Part shown: positions 1 through 9,710 of the stretch, piece after piece | Numbering within the stretch: position 1 is the stretch's first letter | Layout: each line of letters opens with the position of its first letter | Origin: a bacterium | GTDB lineage: Bacteria; SAR324; NAC60-12 | DNA length: 64,000 bases | Reading direction: 5' to 3' | NCBI GenBank assembly: GCA_965233585.1 | Contig: CBDDTI010000408.1 | Coordinates: 1-64,000, forward strand | The notes under the pieces: model-generated | What the model was told of the DNA's origin: nothing | Seen by the model: only the letters and a program-made list of their open reading frames with translations | Databases searched by the model: none | Translations under genes and position numbers: made by a program

Positions 1-1
1 A

Positions 2-886
2 TTGTACTCAGGTAGCACTTTAAAGCTATATAGACATGTACCAGCACCGTTTTTCTTGGGAAATTCTTCTGTGATTCTGGACGTGGAAAGTTCCGCTGAG
101 TATTTAGCCTTAGATACTCACGGTCTTGTTGGGAAACAGATGACTTCGTCTGAATTCCAACTCTGCAAAAAGATTTCTGCAGTTTACCACTGTCCGAATA
201 TGAATTTACTTTCCAAGAATTTGACGAATCTCTGTTTATATAACTTATATTCGCAAAGTGCTTCTAACATTGAGCGGACTTGTAATGTGAGGGTTAAAAA
301 GATGCATTCGCACGCCGTTCAGATCTCAACTTCCTTGTACCGAATCATGACCTCCGAACCTACCCAACTGGTCGTTGAGTGTAAGAAGGAGACGAACATT
401 ACATCGATACAAGGAATCCATCTTCTTCAATTGACTGAAGAGTGTCCGAAGGCATCAACATCCGAATATCTGTTTGTTCGAGCACCGGACATGATAGGGT
501 ATCATGAAATTATCCGGTTACCTTTGCTTTCCCAGGCCAAGGAGTGGCTTGGGACAATTGCCAAGGAGGTCGATCTGACAAATGGTCTGGAAGGGATAGA
601 GTTAACCAATTCTCTTTCATTACCGGAGTTTCGGCGGAAAGTTAGTTCTTCTCAAGGCTCGTATTCTAGGGTTGAACGATATATGCTCTCTGTTGTACTC
701 TATGTGATCCTATTAGGGGCCTTTGTCTATGTGATTTACTTCTTTCGACGGAAATTCACGAAGAATTATCGTTGTGCTAAGCTGGAAGAACCTTCTTTAC
801 CTCTCATGTCACCAAATGCAGGATCTGTGTCTAGTAGCAACCCGACTGCGCCTTTCCCCAATTCGGTCTTAAAGCAGTTTGAATAA
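2..886 (+). CDS. env: C-terminal part of an F-type (errantivirus/baculovirus F-like) envelope glycoprotein of an LTR retroelement that extends upstream out of the window
   Basis: Open frame from the window edge. Cys spacing (CKKISAVYHCP..CLYNLY..ERTC..VECK..GIHLLQLTEECP) resembles the C-terminal half of F-type Env. Hydrophobic TM (YMLSVVLYVILLGAFVYVIYFF) is followed by RRK and a short tail, then a PPT and LTR-like sequence. Confidence 0.7.
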   Translation: MYSGSTLKLYRHVPAPFFLGNSSVILDVESSAEYLALDTHGLVGKQMTSSEFQLCKKISAVYHCPNMNLLSKNLTNLCLYNLYSQSASNIERTCNVRVKKMHSHAVQISTSLYRIMTSEPTQLVVECKKETNITSIQGIHLLQLTEECPKASTSEYLFVRAPDMIGYHEIIRLPLLSQAKEWLGTIAKEVDLTNGLEGIELTNSLSLPEFRRKVSSSQGSYSRVERYMLSVVLYVILLGAFVYVIYFFRRKFTKNYRCAKLEEPSLPLMSPNAGSVSSSNPTAPFPNSVLKQFE

Positions 887-1059
887 TTATGAAATGGAAA
901 CTATGCTTAGTATCCCCATTACTTGGAGGCTTGGCAACCCTCTCAGAAAGGTAGACTTGATCACCTATTCTTTCTTGGCAAACTAATGGCTGTACTAAAC
1001 ACGGTACGGGGTTTTCCATTTGCAAAAAATCATTTACGATTCAGTACGGTGACGGGGAC

Positions 1060-1413
1060 TGTCAAATCTTATACTTAAATAATCTTTCATCTTGTATGCA
1101 AGGACGTGGCTTTCTCTTTGTAGTATATAAAGGGCGGGTTCACTAACCTGCATGCAATGGTTTGCTTTCTTTTATCACAGTACTGACTCTTATGTGTATT
1201 TTTGCCCACACCATATAAAACCATAAAATGTAACCTAGATGTGAATGCTGGCAACTACCCGGAGGTGCCAAAGCAGCCCTGTTGTACAAATTCCACTGAA
1301 CCTTAAGTTACTTACAATCTTGTCTTTGATGAGTAAAGACGTTTGTGAAATACAGAGAGACAGTTCTTGGTTACACCAAAAAGGGACTTAGAAGAGACGG
1401 TTATGATTTCGCA
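1060..1413 (+). mobile_element. Probable 3' LTR of the F-type env element
   Basis: Purine run gacggggac (1051-1059) lies directly before TG. Termini tgtcaaatc...gatttcgca form an imperfect TG..CA inverted repeat. TATA-like tatataaa near 1124. A related sequence with the same termini lies at 38463-38746. Confidence 0.55.
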
Positions 1414-1419
1414 CCTATA

Positions 1420-1775
1420 TTCCTTGCTGTTTTTATGTCATTCCTCGGCAGGAATATAACATTTATTGTTTCCTTTCTTTGCTTGTTGACCTTACTTTTC
1501 TTTTTTCTCCTTTTTCATATTTATTTCTATAAAAGATTGGGTGGTTTTGTTAGGCCACCTTTACTCACTATATTGTCAACAAAATTATTTTTTCCCCTTC
1601 TTTCTCATTATTATCTCCTTTTTCTTCTTTCCTTTTTCTGTTCTTGTATCCTTTTTCTTTTTTCTTGTCTTCTTTTGTTTTTCTTGTCCTCCTTCCTTTT
1701 TATTTTCTTCTTTCCTTTTATTCTTCGACCTGTTGTCTTGTCTTCTTTCCTCTTTCTTATTTATCTTGATTAATT
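1420..1775. repeat. Low-complexity CT-rich tract
   Basis: Pyrimidine-rich degenerate repeats; they explain the spurious F/L-rich and K/R-rich ORFs. Confidence 0.85.
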
Positions 1776-2223
1776 TTTTTTTACCGTGTGTCCTAACGCG
1801 ATTGCACTCTCGAAATTCCATTAAATTGGCAAGAGGGATGTGATATCTAATGAGTGGGGCCAACTTTTCAATACATGAGGAAGATCTTGCATTATTTTCA
1901 ACCTTTAGTGTTGGCTTATTACCTAATTATACATCCATGCCATACAAAACTCAAAAACTCACTTGGAGAGTGAATCTTGAGAAAAACTGTTCCAAATAGA
2001 TTATTCAGTCTGTACTATTTAGTATTTGATAAGAAAGAATGTTCAAACAGTCTCTAATTAGGAGATAAAAGCATAATTGATTTTTATCTCCCTTAAAATT
2101 TTTCAGGCTTTCTTTTTTTAACTAAAACTCATTTTCATTAGGGGAAGAGTTGCCAGCTACCATGCTGTTAAGAGTGACGCTATATGGAAGGGATGAAAGG
2201 GAAGCTATCGCTTCCCTCTCTAG

Positions 2224-2818
2224 GGTTGTCTGGATAGCTCAGAGCGGTAAGGTGCTAGTTTTCATCAGAGAGGTCCAGAGTTCGAATCCCAGGGCCAACC
2301 ATATCCCCAGTGTTTTCCTCCACTGGTAGAGATGTGGACTCTGGTTAAAAAGTTGATCAAAGATGGTCAGAGCCTGCAATTTGCATGCACCGATGGGCAG
2401 TGACACACTCAGGGGTTTTGGTAGGAAGAAAAGGTTTAGAGTGCTACTCTCCAGCCGTGGGCCAAGTTAGGTTTCTAGCAAGCCAGGAAGTGATTGGCCT
2501 TTCTGGTCGGTTGTCATGTAAGTAAGACCTGGCAATACAAAGAGCATCTGAATGTGGGTGCTGCTTATTGCAGGCTCTGTGGTCAGCTTTACTTGGGTGA
2601 GAGCCTAGGTTCTCTGATGATTAACTTGCTGGTAAAAGCGAGACGACAGCCTTTGTGGGGAGATTGGCATTTCCTGTAATTCCAGCGACTGGAACACAAC
2701 CTGTTGACCAAGGATGAGGTGATGGTCAAGTGGGGTATTGAAGAAATCCCTAGAAGTCCCATGGGTCAAATGCCCGGAGGCAAGAGGAAACACTGGGGAT
2801 TACCCCACTTCTAAAAAC
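2224..2818 (+). mobile_element. tRNA-headed SINE-like element, copy 1
   Basis: tRNA-like head with A box (tagctcagagcgg) and B box (gttcgaatccc), followed by a ~500-bp body. A colinear homolog lies on the minus strand at 33318-33893. Confidence 0.75.
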
Positions 2819-3117
2819 AGAAACAGCTCCCCTCTCTTTTTCTACTCTTCCCTCTCAACAAAACAGCTTCCCTCTCAACTCACACATAGCTTCCCTCTCA
2901 ACAACAAGGTAGCTTGAGTGCTTCACGCTGTTGAAAGGGAAGCTATAACTCCCCTCTCTTTTTCAACTCTTCCCTCTCAACAATACAGCTGCTCTCTTAA
3001 TACACGCATAGCTTCCCTCTCAACAGCATGATAGCTACACAGCATGAATTAACAGAAGGAAAAAATGCACTTTCAAAAATGCACTCTCTTGGAAGCCACG
3101 GTCAGCCACTATGCTGC

Positions 3118-3937
3118 TGAGAGCAAAGACATTATATACACATAGACCTCTACCTAAGAAGTCTGGGATTCCAGGCCGTATGAAAATTAAACCGGGCCGA
3201 GCAAAGACATTATATACACATAGACCTCTACCCAAGAATCCTGAGAGTCCAGGCCTCATGAAAAATATATCAATCCGAGTCCGATATACTTATGAACATT
3301 TTATCCTTCCTTTGTTTAAGATTTTTGCTGCGATAAGGGGAGAGGAACTGAGGAAGTAAACAAAGTCTTCAAAATAAAGGGGAGTTCACCTCACGCCGCT
3401 TCAAAATAAAGGGGAGATCACCTCACGCCGCCTCACGAGCGCCGCTTCAAAATAAAGGGGAGATCACCTCACGCCGCTTCACAAGCGCCGCTTAAAAATA
3501 AAGGGGAGATCACCTCACGCCGCTCCACGAGCCCCGCTTCAAAATAAAAATAAAGAACTACATTCTAACTTAGCAAGTAACTAGATTTTTGAAAGCGGAA
3601 CGTTGGGCTCAACATTAGTCAGGGACCCTTTGGCTAACACTTAACTAGAGGTCTATGTGTATATAATGTCTTTGGGGCCGAGTCCGATATACCAATCAAC
3701 ATTTTATCCTTCTTTTGTTAAGATTTTACGAGTACTCAGTACTGAGAAGGGCAAACATTCAACTTGTTGCAACGTGAAGCTGCATGCGTGCTGAAGCGTG
3801 CTTGCCGCATGCATGCTGAGTGTGCATGCAGCAAGCACAGTGCAGCACACTTGGAAGTGGCCAATTGAACTCAACATAAGGCGGGGACCCTTTGGCTAAC
3901 TCTTAACTAGAGGTCTATGTGTATATAATGTCTTTGG
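3118..3937. repeat. Composite non-autonomous repeat: ~33-bp motif in direct and inverted copies around a tandem array
   Basis: caaagacattatatacacatagacctcta at ~3124 and ~3202, with inverted copies at ~3646 and ~3908. Tandem ttcaaaataaaggggagatcacctcacgccgc units at 3368-3545. Confidence 0.7.
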
Positions 3938-5145
3938 TTGAGAGGGAAGCAGCCTCGACGGTGGTAATTGATAGTGCATTTCTGCCTTCCTTCCTTCCAG
4001 ACCCACCTGGTTGGCTCGCCCAAAGAGATTACAGATTAGGCAGAGTTCTAGTTCACTAAACAAATGGATAGTACAAAAGTTAAGTGTAATTCTTGGTAAA
4101 ACCATTAAATATTCCCACAATGGTGCTGTTACCACATATTGTTTCGGCAAAACTGAGTGGTCTGGAGCATTGGTTTTCAATTTTTTCTGCCTGAAGGATT
4201 ACTAAATTGGTATCTTGAGATAAAAAGGTGGCCCAGGGGGTGTTGCCCCCTGGCAATTTGAATTTTTGTGAGGGGGTTGATCTATGGTTGCTTTTTACTG
4301 TTTAGTCAGCCGTATCTTCCGCACATGCTTCTGCAAATATTCTGTAATATGTAGGAATCCTATTCGCACAGCATTTTTTTTCGGCAAAGTAGTGACCATG
4401 CAGGTTTCATTTATAGTGTGAAAAAGTTCTAACTGTCAGCTGAATCTTCTGCACATGCTTCTCCAAACATTCTGTAACATATAAAAAGCTCAATACATTA
4501 GAGACAGGATACTTTGTAAAATTGAATCCTGTTCCAATTCCACTTAACTTCTGGTATGCTACGTTCCATTCCATTAGATGTTTCTAGAGATATACTTACA
4601 TAGTTTCTCATATCTTAGGGCTTGCCCATTTGACTAGGATTTCTAGGCAGCTGTTGAAAGGAAAGCTATGTGATTGTTGACAGTGGTAAGAATGTCTGTG
4701 GGTTAGACTGTTTAATAGTTAAAAATCAGTTTGGCGACCCTAGCTCAAAAATCACGCAAAAATATCTAAGATAAGCTACACAACCTTTCACTTTTTTGGT
4801 CAATTTCAATCACTACTTCTTAATTATTTAAGTAATTAGCCAATGAAAAGATTTGAAAGAAAGACCTTCATCACGTATTTATAAGTTGATTCAACTCATT
4901 AGAAATCATATCCCTCTGGCCATTTAAATGAGTTTTGAGAGTACAATCTCGATGGGACACACGGTATTTTTTAGCAAAAGAATGATTGTATGGTCTTGTT
5001 AGGTGCAATAGAGAAAGTGTGCTAAGTAGAGACACTCGTCTAGACCTTTTATCAAAACTTTGAATTCTTTTCTTCCCTCAATAATTGCCAACAATATCTT
5101 GAAATAGAATCTGTTACAGTTTTTACAAAGGAAACTTAGTAATAT

Positions 5146-5460
5146 TACTGTGTTGTTTTTTAAGCAGGTCAATGTGTTTTTAGCAGAATGCACGAAGTAG
5201 ATTCTCATAAAAATAACCTATAACTCATCATGTTGGCAGGACCCATCCTTTTTGTTTAATGCTTTATCCTTGATTACCTATAATTACCTAATAATACGAC
5301 CCCTTGCCATGGACCACAAAAATGGAGTACATGATGGTAAAAGGGAGTTTATTGCCATAAACAGCTTTCTGACAAGTCCTGTAATCGTTTCTAACCAGAA
5401 TTGGAACATTCCAATTAATTGGGAGGTTGTGATTGCATTTTGAAATTCTGCTATTATATG
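5146..5460 (+). mobile_element. Truncated copy of a TA-flanked MITE family (TIR CYGTGTTGTTTTTTAACAGG)
   Basis: Homologous to the left part of the complete copy at 52144-52681. The right half is absent. Confidence 0.6.
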
Positions 5461-5501
5461 GTTGAGAGAGAGTCTTTCCCAAAGAGGTTATACATATAGA
5501 G

Positions 5502-5901
5502 CCAGGTTAATTACTTAAATTTTATGTTCATAAAATCCACCCTTCTAAAAAGCAAGTTTTCCTTCTCGTTTTGTGCTTAACTACAGTGACGACCTAATTA
5601 ACCCGACATGAACCGGTCTGGTTAAGAGTCAGTTCCAATTCTGAGAATCGCTCACCCCTCACTCTGGTGTCACACGCTTAAGCACTTTTCAACTCCAGTC
5701 AACGACGCCTTACTTGTTGCCTTTGTTGTCATGCTCACTTATCAATAAGATATGCTTTTGTGGGAACAAAACTCGTGACCACAAAACTCGTTTTACTTCG
5801 TAATCAAAAGAAGTGAAATAAATTCAGATTAGATTTAGCATTCACTTGCGAAAGTCGTCCGTTATTTCTAAGCCTCGTTATAAAAACCTCCCGACCTTTC
5901 A
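5502..5901 (+). repeat. 5' LTR (lacks the first ~8 bp, TGAAGGGT, seen in the 3' LTR)
   Basis: Matches 19599-19973 and ends in gacctttCA, the inverted complement (8/9) of the 3' LTR start TGaagggtc. aataaa near 5817. Confidence 0.9.
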
Positions 5902-5903
5902 CG

Positions 5904-5912
5904 TGGTGGCAG
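5904..5912 (+). promoter_or_regulatory. Primer-binding site, tRNA-Leu-like
   Basis: TGGTGGCAG 2 nt after the LTR CA; complementary to a tRNA 3' end CUGCCACCA. Confidence 0.7.
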
Positions 5913-5958
5913 GCGAACCCTTTTCGGGGGGTAACAGCCTTTGGCTTAATACTCCATT

Positions 5959-8900
5959 ATGCAACGTGATGGAGATGAAGAACTCCCAACAGGGGCCCAA
6001 GCAGCTGGACCTAGTACCCTTTCGGACGTACTAGCCACACTCCAATTGTCTGCAGACTCAGAAGCACAGGTTACTTCTTTTATCGACTCTCTCGCGCATG
6101 GTCTAAATGGACCCCGCTTTCGTAAATTGTTAACCTATATCCTCAAATTTGTGGAATTAAATAGGTCTAAATATGAAACACTCCGATCGGAGCAATCACG
6201 TCTTACTAACCTAGCAAATTCCAATCGGGATGAGCTGAACCAAATATTAACAGTATTACAGGAACGACTGCCACCTGTGGCTCCAGTTCCTAGGGTTCCT
6301 GCAGTGCCAGCAGTGGCAACGCAATCTTTTCAGGATATTTCTACTGCAGTGCCAACAATGGCAACGCAATCTCAGGCAGCTATGCCTTCCGCGCCAGCAT
6401 TGGCACCTCAGGTCTCACAAGCAACAGAACCACCAGCCTCAATGGCCTCGGCTTCTGTACCTGTGCAGCCCTCTGCTTTTCAGCCAGTCCCTCCGACTGC
6501 TGGTGCGAGTTATTACGGAGCACCTGCGACGTTTACTCCTAGCATTCAAAACCCAGACGGAACCGTCTCTCGTAGAATGGACCAAGTAGGTAATAACGTC
6601 ATGGTTACCTTCTCTGGTAACGACGACATGGCCTCTAGAAAAGCCAAACTTTTCGGCTCCGCCGCTAAGTATGACATTTTTACTGGTCAAGACATGAGCA
6701 AGTTTCCCGAATGGGTAGCACAGTTCTTGTCTGGGGTTAATTTGTTTCAACCTACTGAGCCCAATGCTTGTAGGATTGCTTTACATTTGCTGAAAGACAA
6801 AGCCGCAGAAATGTCGAAAAATGTCTCTCAGAATATTACGATGCAGAACTTGCAGGAACTCCTGACAACTCTCGATCGTATTTTCAATACCTCTGGAAAT
6901 CGTATCGTTGCGGTCGGTCTCTTTAACGGTTTTACTCAGCGCGAAGACATGCCTGTACAAGATTATGCGATTAAAATTGAACAATTGTTTTATCGAGCGT
7001 ATCCTGGCTTGAACCCTGATTTGTCTATGTTCCTTATGGATCGTTTCATTACTGGTCTAATCTCGACAGAGGTTAAGCAAAAGTTGCGCATACCACCTTT
7101 GCCCAGCTATTTCCGTGAAGCGGTTGAAAAAGCCATGTCAATGACTGCAGCAATTTACCATGGGGACCAAATAATGAAACAACGGTCCATGGCTTGGAAA
7201 ATGGCGGCATCTGCCAGCAATCCATTGAACACGAAGTCATCCAAGAGTCCCAGGGGACATATTCAGATGATTGAGACTCAAGATTCTCCAGCCACAATAC
7301 AAGTGCTGAAGAAATGGTGTTCTTTGCATAAAACGGATAAACATTCCAACAGCGATTGTAGAGCTCAGAAGGAGACTGCGCCCTCTGGCTCCAGCTCTAA
7401 AACCGCCGCAAAGAAGCGTCCCAAGGGATCTGAGAAGCGAAAAACTAAACCCAGAAAGTTGAAATTCAAATCGACCTCTGACAAAAAGAAGTTTTTGCGT
7501 TCAATTGAAGACACGGAAGGGGTTTCTCTTGAGAGCGCCAGCTCAGACGACGAAGAAGTCGTTGAACAAAGTCTCATGCAACTCGATCCTGCCTCTGGTG
7601 GAACTTCGGATGAAGATGAAGGGGAACTCCACATACTGATGTTGAACCCAGACTCATTACTAGATGACCCCGACATCAACATGTCTAACGTCTTCTTAGA
7701 TCCATGCACTCCGTCTGGAACTTTGGGTCCAGGGGTAAGCGGTTTGCGACTGGAAGGGGAAAAAGCAGACTCCCCGATGTCGACGAAGACTGGAGATTAT
7801 TCTTCAAGATTCAGTCCTCTAGACGCAACCCTGCTGAACACTTCAACCATGAACACTCCCGTCGTTCAAATTCCAACCATCAAGGATGAGCAAAATCCTT
7901 TCTCCCCTGAGCAGCTTCCCATGGAAGAAGATGTGTTTCCTCCTCTAGCTGCTAACAGCATCAATCCTGATGCAAATGCCACAGCATGTTCAGCCACCCA
8001 GAACTACATCCTCTATGGAGGAGTTTACTATTATCCGGTCCCACCTCCGCATAATGTGGTTGTCTCCCAATCAGCGGTCCCAAAACCTGATTTGGTTCCT
8101 GTCCCCGCTGAACCAACATTGGATGCAGTACCTCCGGTAATCCCTTCGGAGATTCCGTTACCTGCTACTGACACTGAAGCGGAAATTGACTCCAACATGT
8201 CCGCTCCCGCAGCTAACACTCCATCAACTTCTGCCACAACCAATGACACCGTCACTGAACCTCCTGCAAACTCCAAGACTCAGGGCAGTTCGGATTTCGC
8301 AGTGCCAACGGGAACTACTTCCAAGAAGGCCAGGAGGAAATCAAGACCTAGATCAAGGTCTTCATCGTCCCGCAATTCTGAGCCTTCCCAGACTCGTCGC
8401 TCTCCAGGAGCCATTCCTGATTTCTTGGTAGACGCCCAGAAAGTCCGTGGTATCGGCCGAGGAAAACCCAAGGACACTGTTCCATCACCAGCGCCGATTC
8501 CTTTCGCTGGAACCACTCTCCCGAAGGAGAACCTCAAGATTACCGTTCCTTCTGGAAACGGGCCCAGGAAAGTGGAAATACTTCCCGACTATCCTGCCAA
8601 CATTGCACATTTGGCCGGATTGGAGAATGAGACTCGAGGACAAGTAGAAGCTCAACTCTCTTCCACCATTAAGGACGACTTCTCTGTCCAACTTCCTCAA
8701 GAAGACCCTCAAGAGGATTCGGAGATTGACGTTCTCACCGGAGAAGTCCAAAGTCCCAAGACAACTCCGATCCAATTTTCATTTCAGGCTCTCTCTATTT
8801 TGGAGGACCACCAACGGTTCGCCCAAGAAGTTCTGAAATTGGAAGCCGACACTTGGGATCGCAACAAAGTTGAGCGCAATCCCAGTCTGTTCTATCACGC

Positions 8901-9675
8901 CTACTTCTTGGACCAACAGAAGCTCCATGAAGTGAGACAGAGAGGAAACATTCGGATCCAACAATTCAACGTCAAGGTCACCAGACAGCCCTCTGACACT
9001 GACACTCCCACTAATAGCCGGTACAACCGTGAGAAGCTAGAAGCAAAGTTCAAGGTAGCTATTAGTAACCTCTATCATGCATTCGAGGAAGCTTTCCAGT
9101 TCGAGAGCTCCGAGTTCATAGAGGATCTCAGCAACCATTTGGTCAAGAACTCCGTTGCCCAGATCACTAGCCTCTTCGCCAGCTCTAGGTGCCGGACATG
9201 TCACCGCGGCCGACGAATGGATGCCACTTGGAGACTTCGCAGGTTTGAAACCTTGCTACCATTCCTCTCCGAGATCCCTGCAGAGTCTTATCGCCGAGCT
9301 GAGGATCATAGAGCTCACGTCCTATTGGATAAGACTGCCTTGGTCGCTGACGAGACCGTCTCCGACAAGTTTCGGCTAGGTTTCACGTTAGAAGACCGAA
9401 GGAGTTACGCCTCTCTTACTCCGGAAGAGAAGAAGTCCTTCAATGAGGAGCTCGCTGTCTTAGCGAGAAACAATTCCCTAATGAGAATGTCCCGAAGATG
9501 GGAGAGTTGCAAGTTCGAATCTCCCGCGCTGGACATAAACCTGGGACATCAAGCGTTCCAGAAGATGCGCCAGCTGAGGCGACAGAACCTCTTGCCAGTG
9601 GCTCAGATGCTACTTCACAGGTATCGCGACCGATACGAGCAGCTCGTTAGTCGCTTCGGGAAATCTCAGTCATAA
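5959..9675 (+). CDS. gag: Gag-like ORF1 (1238 aa): coiled coil, capsid-like domain, CHHC zinc knuckle, long acidic/Pro-rich linker, unknown C-terminal domain
   Basis: ATG just after the PBS. Retrotransposon capsid-like segment (IFTGQDMSKFPEWVAQF...TQREDMPVQDYAIKIEQLFYRAYP...DRFITGL). C-x2-H-x4-H-x4-C knuckle CSLHKTDKHSNSDC at 7318-7359. Confidence 0.85.
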   Translation: MQRDGDEELPTGAQAAGPSTLSDVLATLQLSADSEAQVTSFIDSLAHGLNGPRFRKLLTYILKFVELNRSKYETLRSEQSRLTNLANSNRDELNQILTVLQERLPPVAPVPRVPAVPAVATQSFQDISTAVPTMATQSQAAMPSAPALAPQVSQATEPPASMASASVPVQPSAFQPVPPTAGASYYGAPATFTPSIQNPDGTVSRRMDQVGNNVMVTFSGNDDMASRKAKLFGSAAKYDIFTGQDMSKFPEWVAQFLSGVNLFQPTEPNACRIALHLLKDKAAEMSKNVSQNITMQNLQELLTTLDRIFNTSGNRIVAVGLFNGFTQREDMPVQDYAIKIEQLFYRAYPGLNPDLSMFLMDRFITGLISTEVKQKLRIPPLPSYFREAVEKAMSMTAAIYHGDQIMKQRSMAWKMAASASNPLNTKSSKSPRGHIQMIETQDSPATIQVLKKWCSLHKTDKHSNSDCRAQKETAPSGSSSKTAAKKRPKGSEKRKTKPRKLKFKSTSDKKKFLRSIEDTEGVSLESASSDDEEVVEQSLMQLDPASGGTSDEDEGELHILMLNPDSLLDDPDINMSNVFLDPCTPSGTLGPGVSGLRLEGEKADSPMSTKTGDYSSRFSPLDATLLNTSTMNTPVVQIPTIKDEQNPFSPEQLPMEEDVFPPLAANSINPDANATACSATQNYILYGGVYYYPVPPPHNVVVSQSAVPKPDLVPVPAEPTLDAVPPVIPSEIPLPATDTEAEIDSNMSAPAANTPSTSATTNDTVTEPPANSKTQGSSDFAVPTGTTSKKARRKSRPRSRSSSSRNSEPSQTRRSPGAIPDFLVDAQKVRGIGRGKPKDTVPSPAPIPFAGTTLPKENLKITVPSGNGPRKVEILPDYPANIAHLAGLENETRGQVEAQLSSTIKDDFSVQLPQEDPQEDSEIDVLTGEVQSPKTTPIQFSFQALSILEDHQRFAQEVLKLEADTWDRNKVERNPSLFYHAYFLDQQKLHEVRQRGNIRIQQFNVKVTRQPSDTDTPTNSRYNREKLEAKFKVAISNLYHAFEEAFQFESSEFIEDLSNHLVKNSVAQITSLFASSRCRTCHRGRRMDATWRLRRFETLLPFLSEIPAESYRRAEDHRAHVLLDKTALVADETVSDKFRLGFTLEDRRSYASLTPEEKKSFNEELAVLARNNSLMRMSRRWESCKFESPALDINLGHQAFQKMRQLRRQNLLPVAQMLLHRYRDRYEQLVSRFGKSQS

Positions 9676-9710
9676 CGATCTCCGATTCCCCTCCTTTTTC
9701 TCACTTTACT

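Noticed and set aside
1345..1863. Hydrophobic and Lys-rich ORFs
   Set aside because: They are translations of a low-complexity CT-rich tract.
2224..2300. Possible functional tRNA gene
   Set aside because: The stems are imperfect and it is fused to a 500-bp body repeated at 33.3-33.9 kb, so it is a SINE head.
9658..9664. GGGAAAT as a canonical -1 slippery heptamer for ORF1-pol
   Set aside because: It is in the wrong phase (GGG AAA T rather than G GGA AAT); kept only as a non-canonical alternative.
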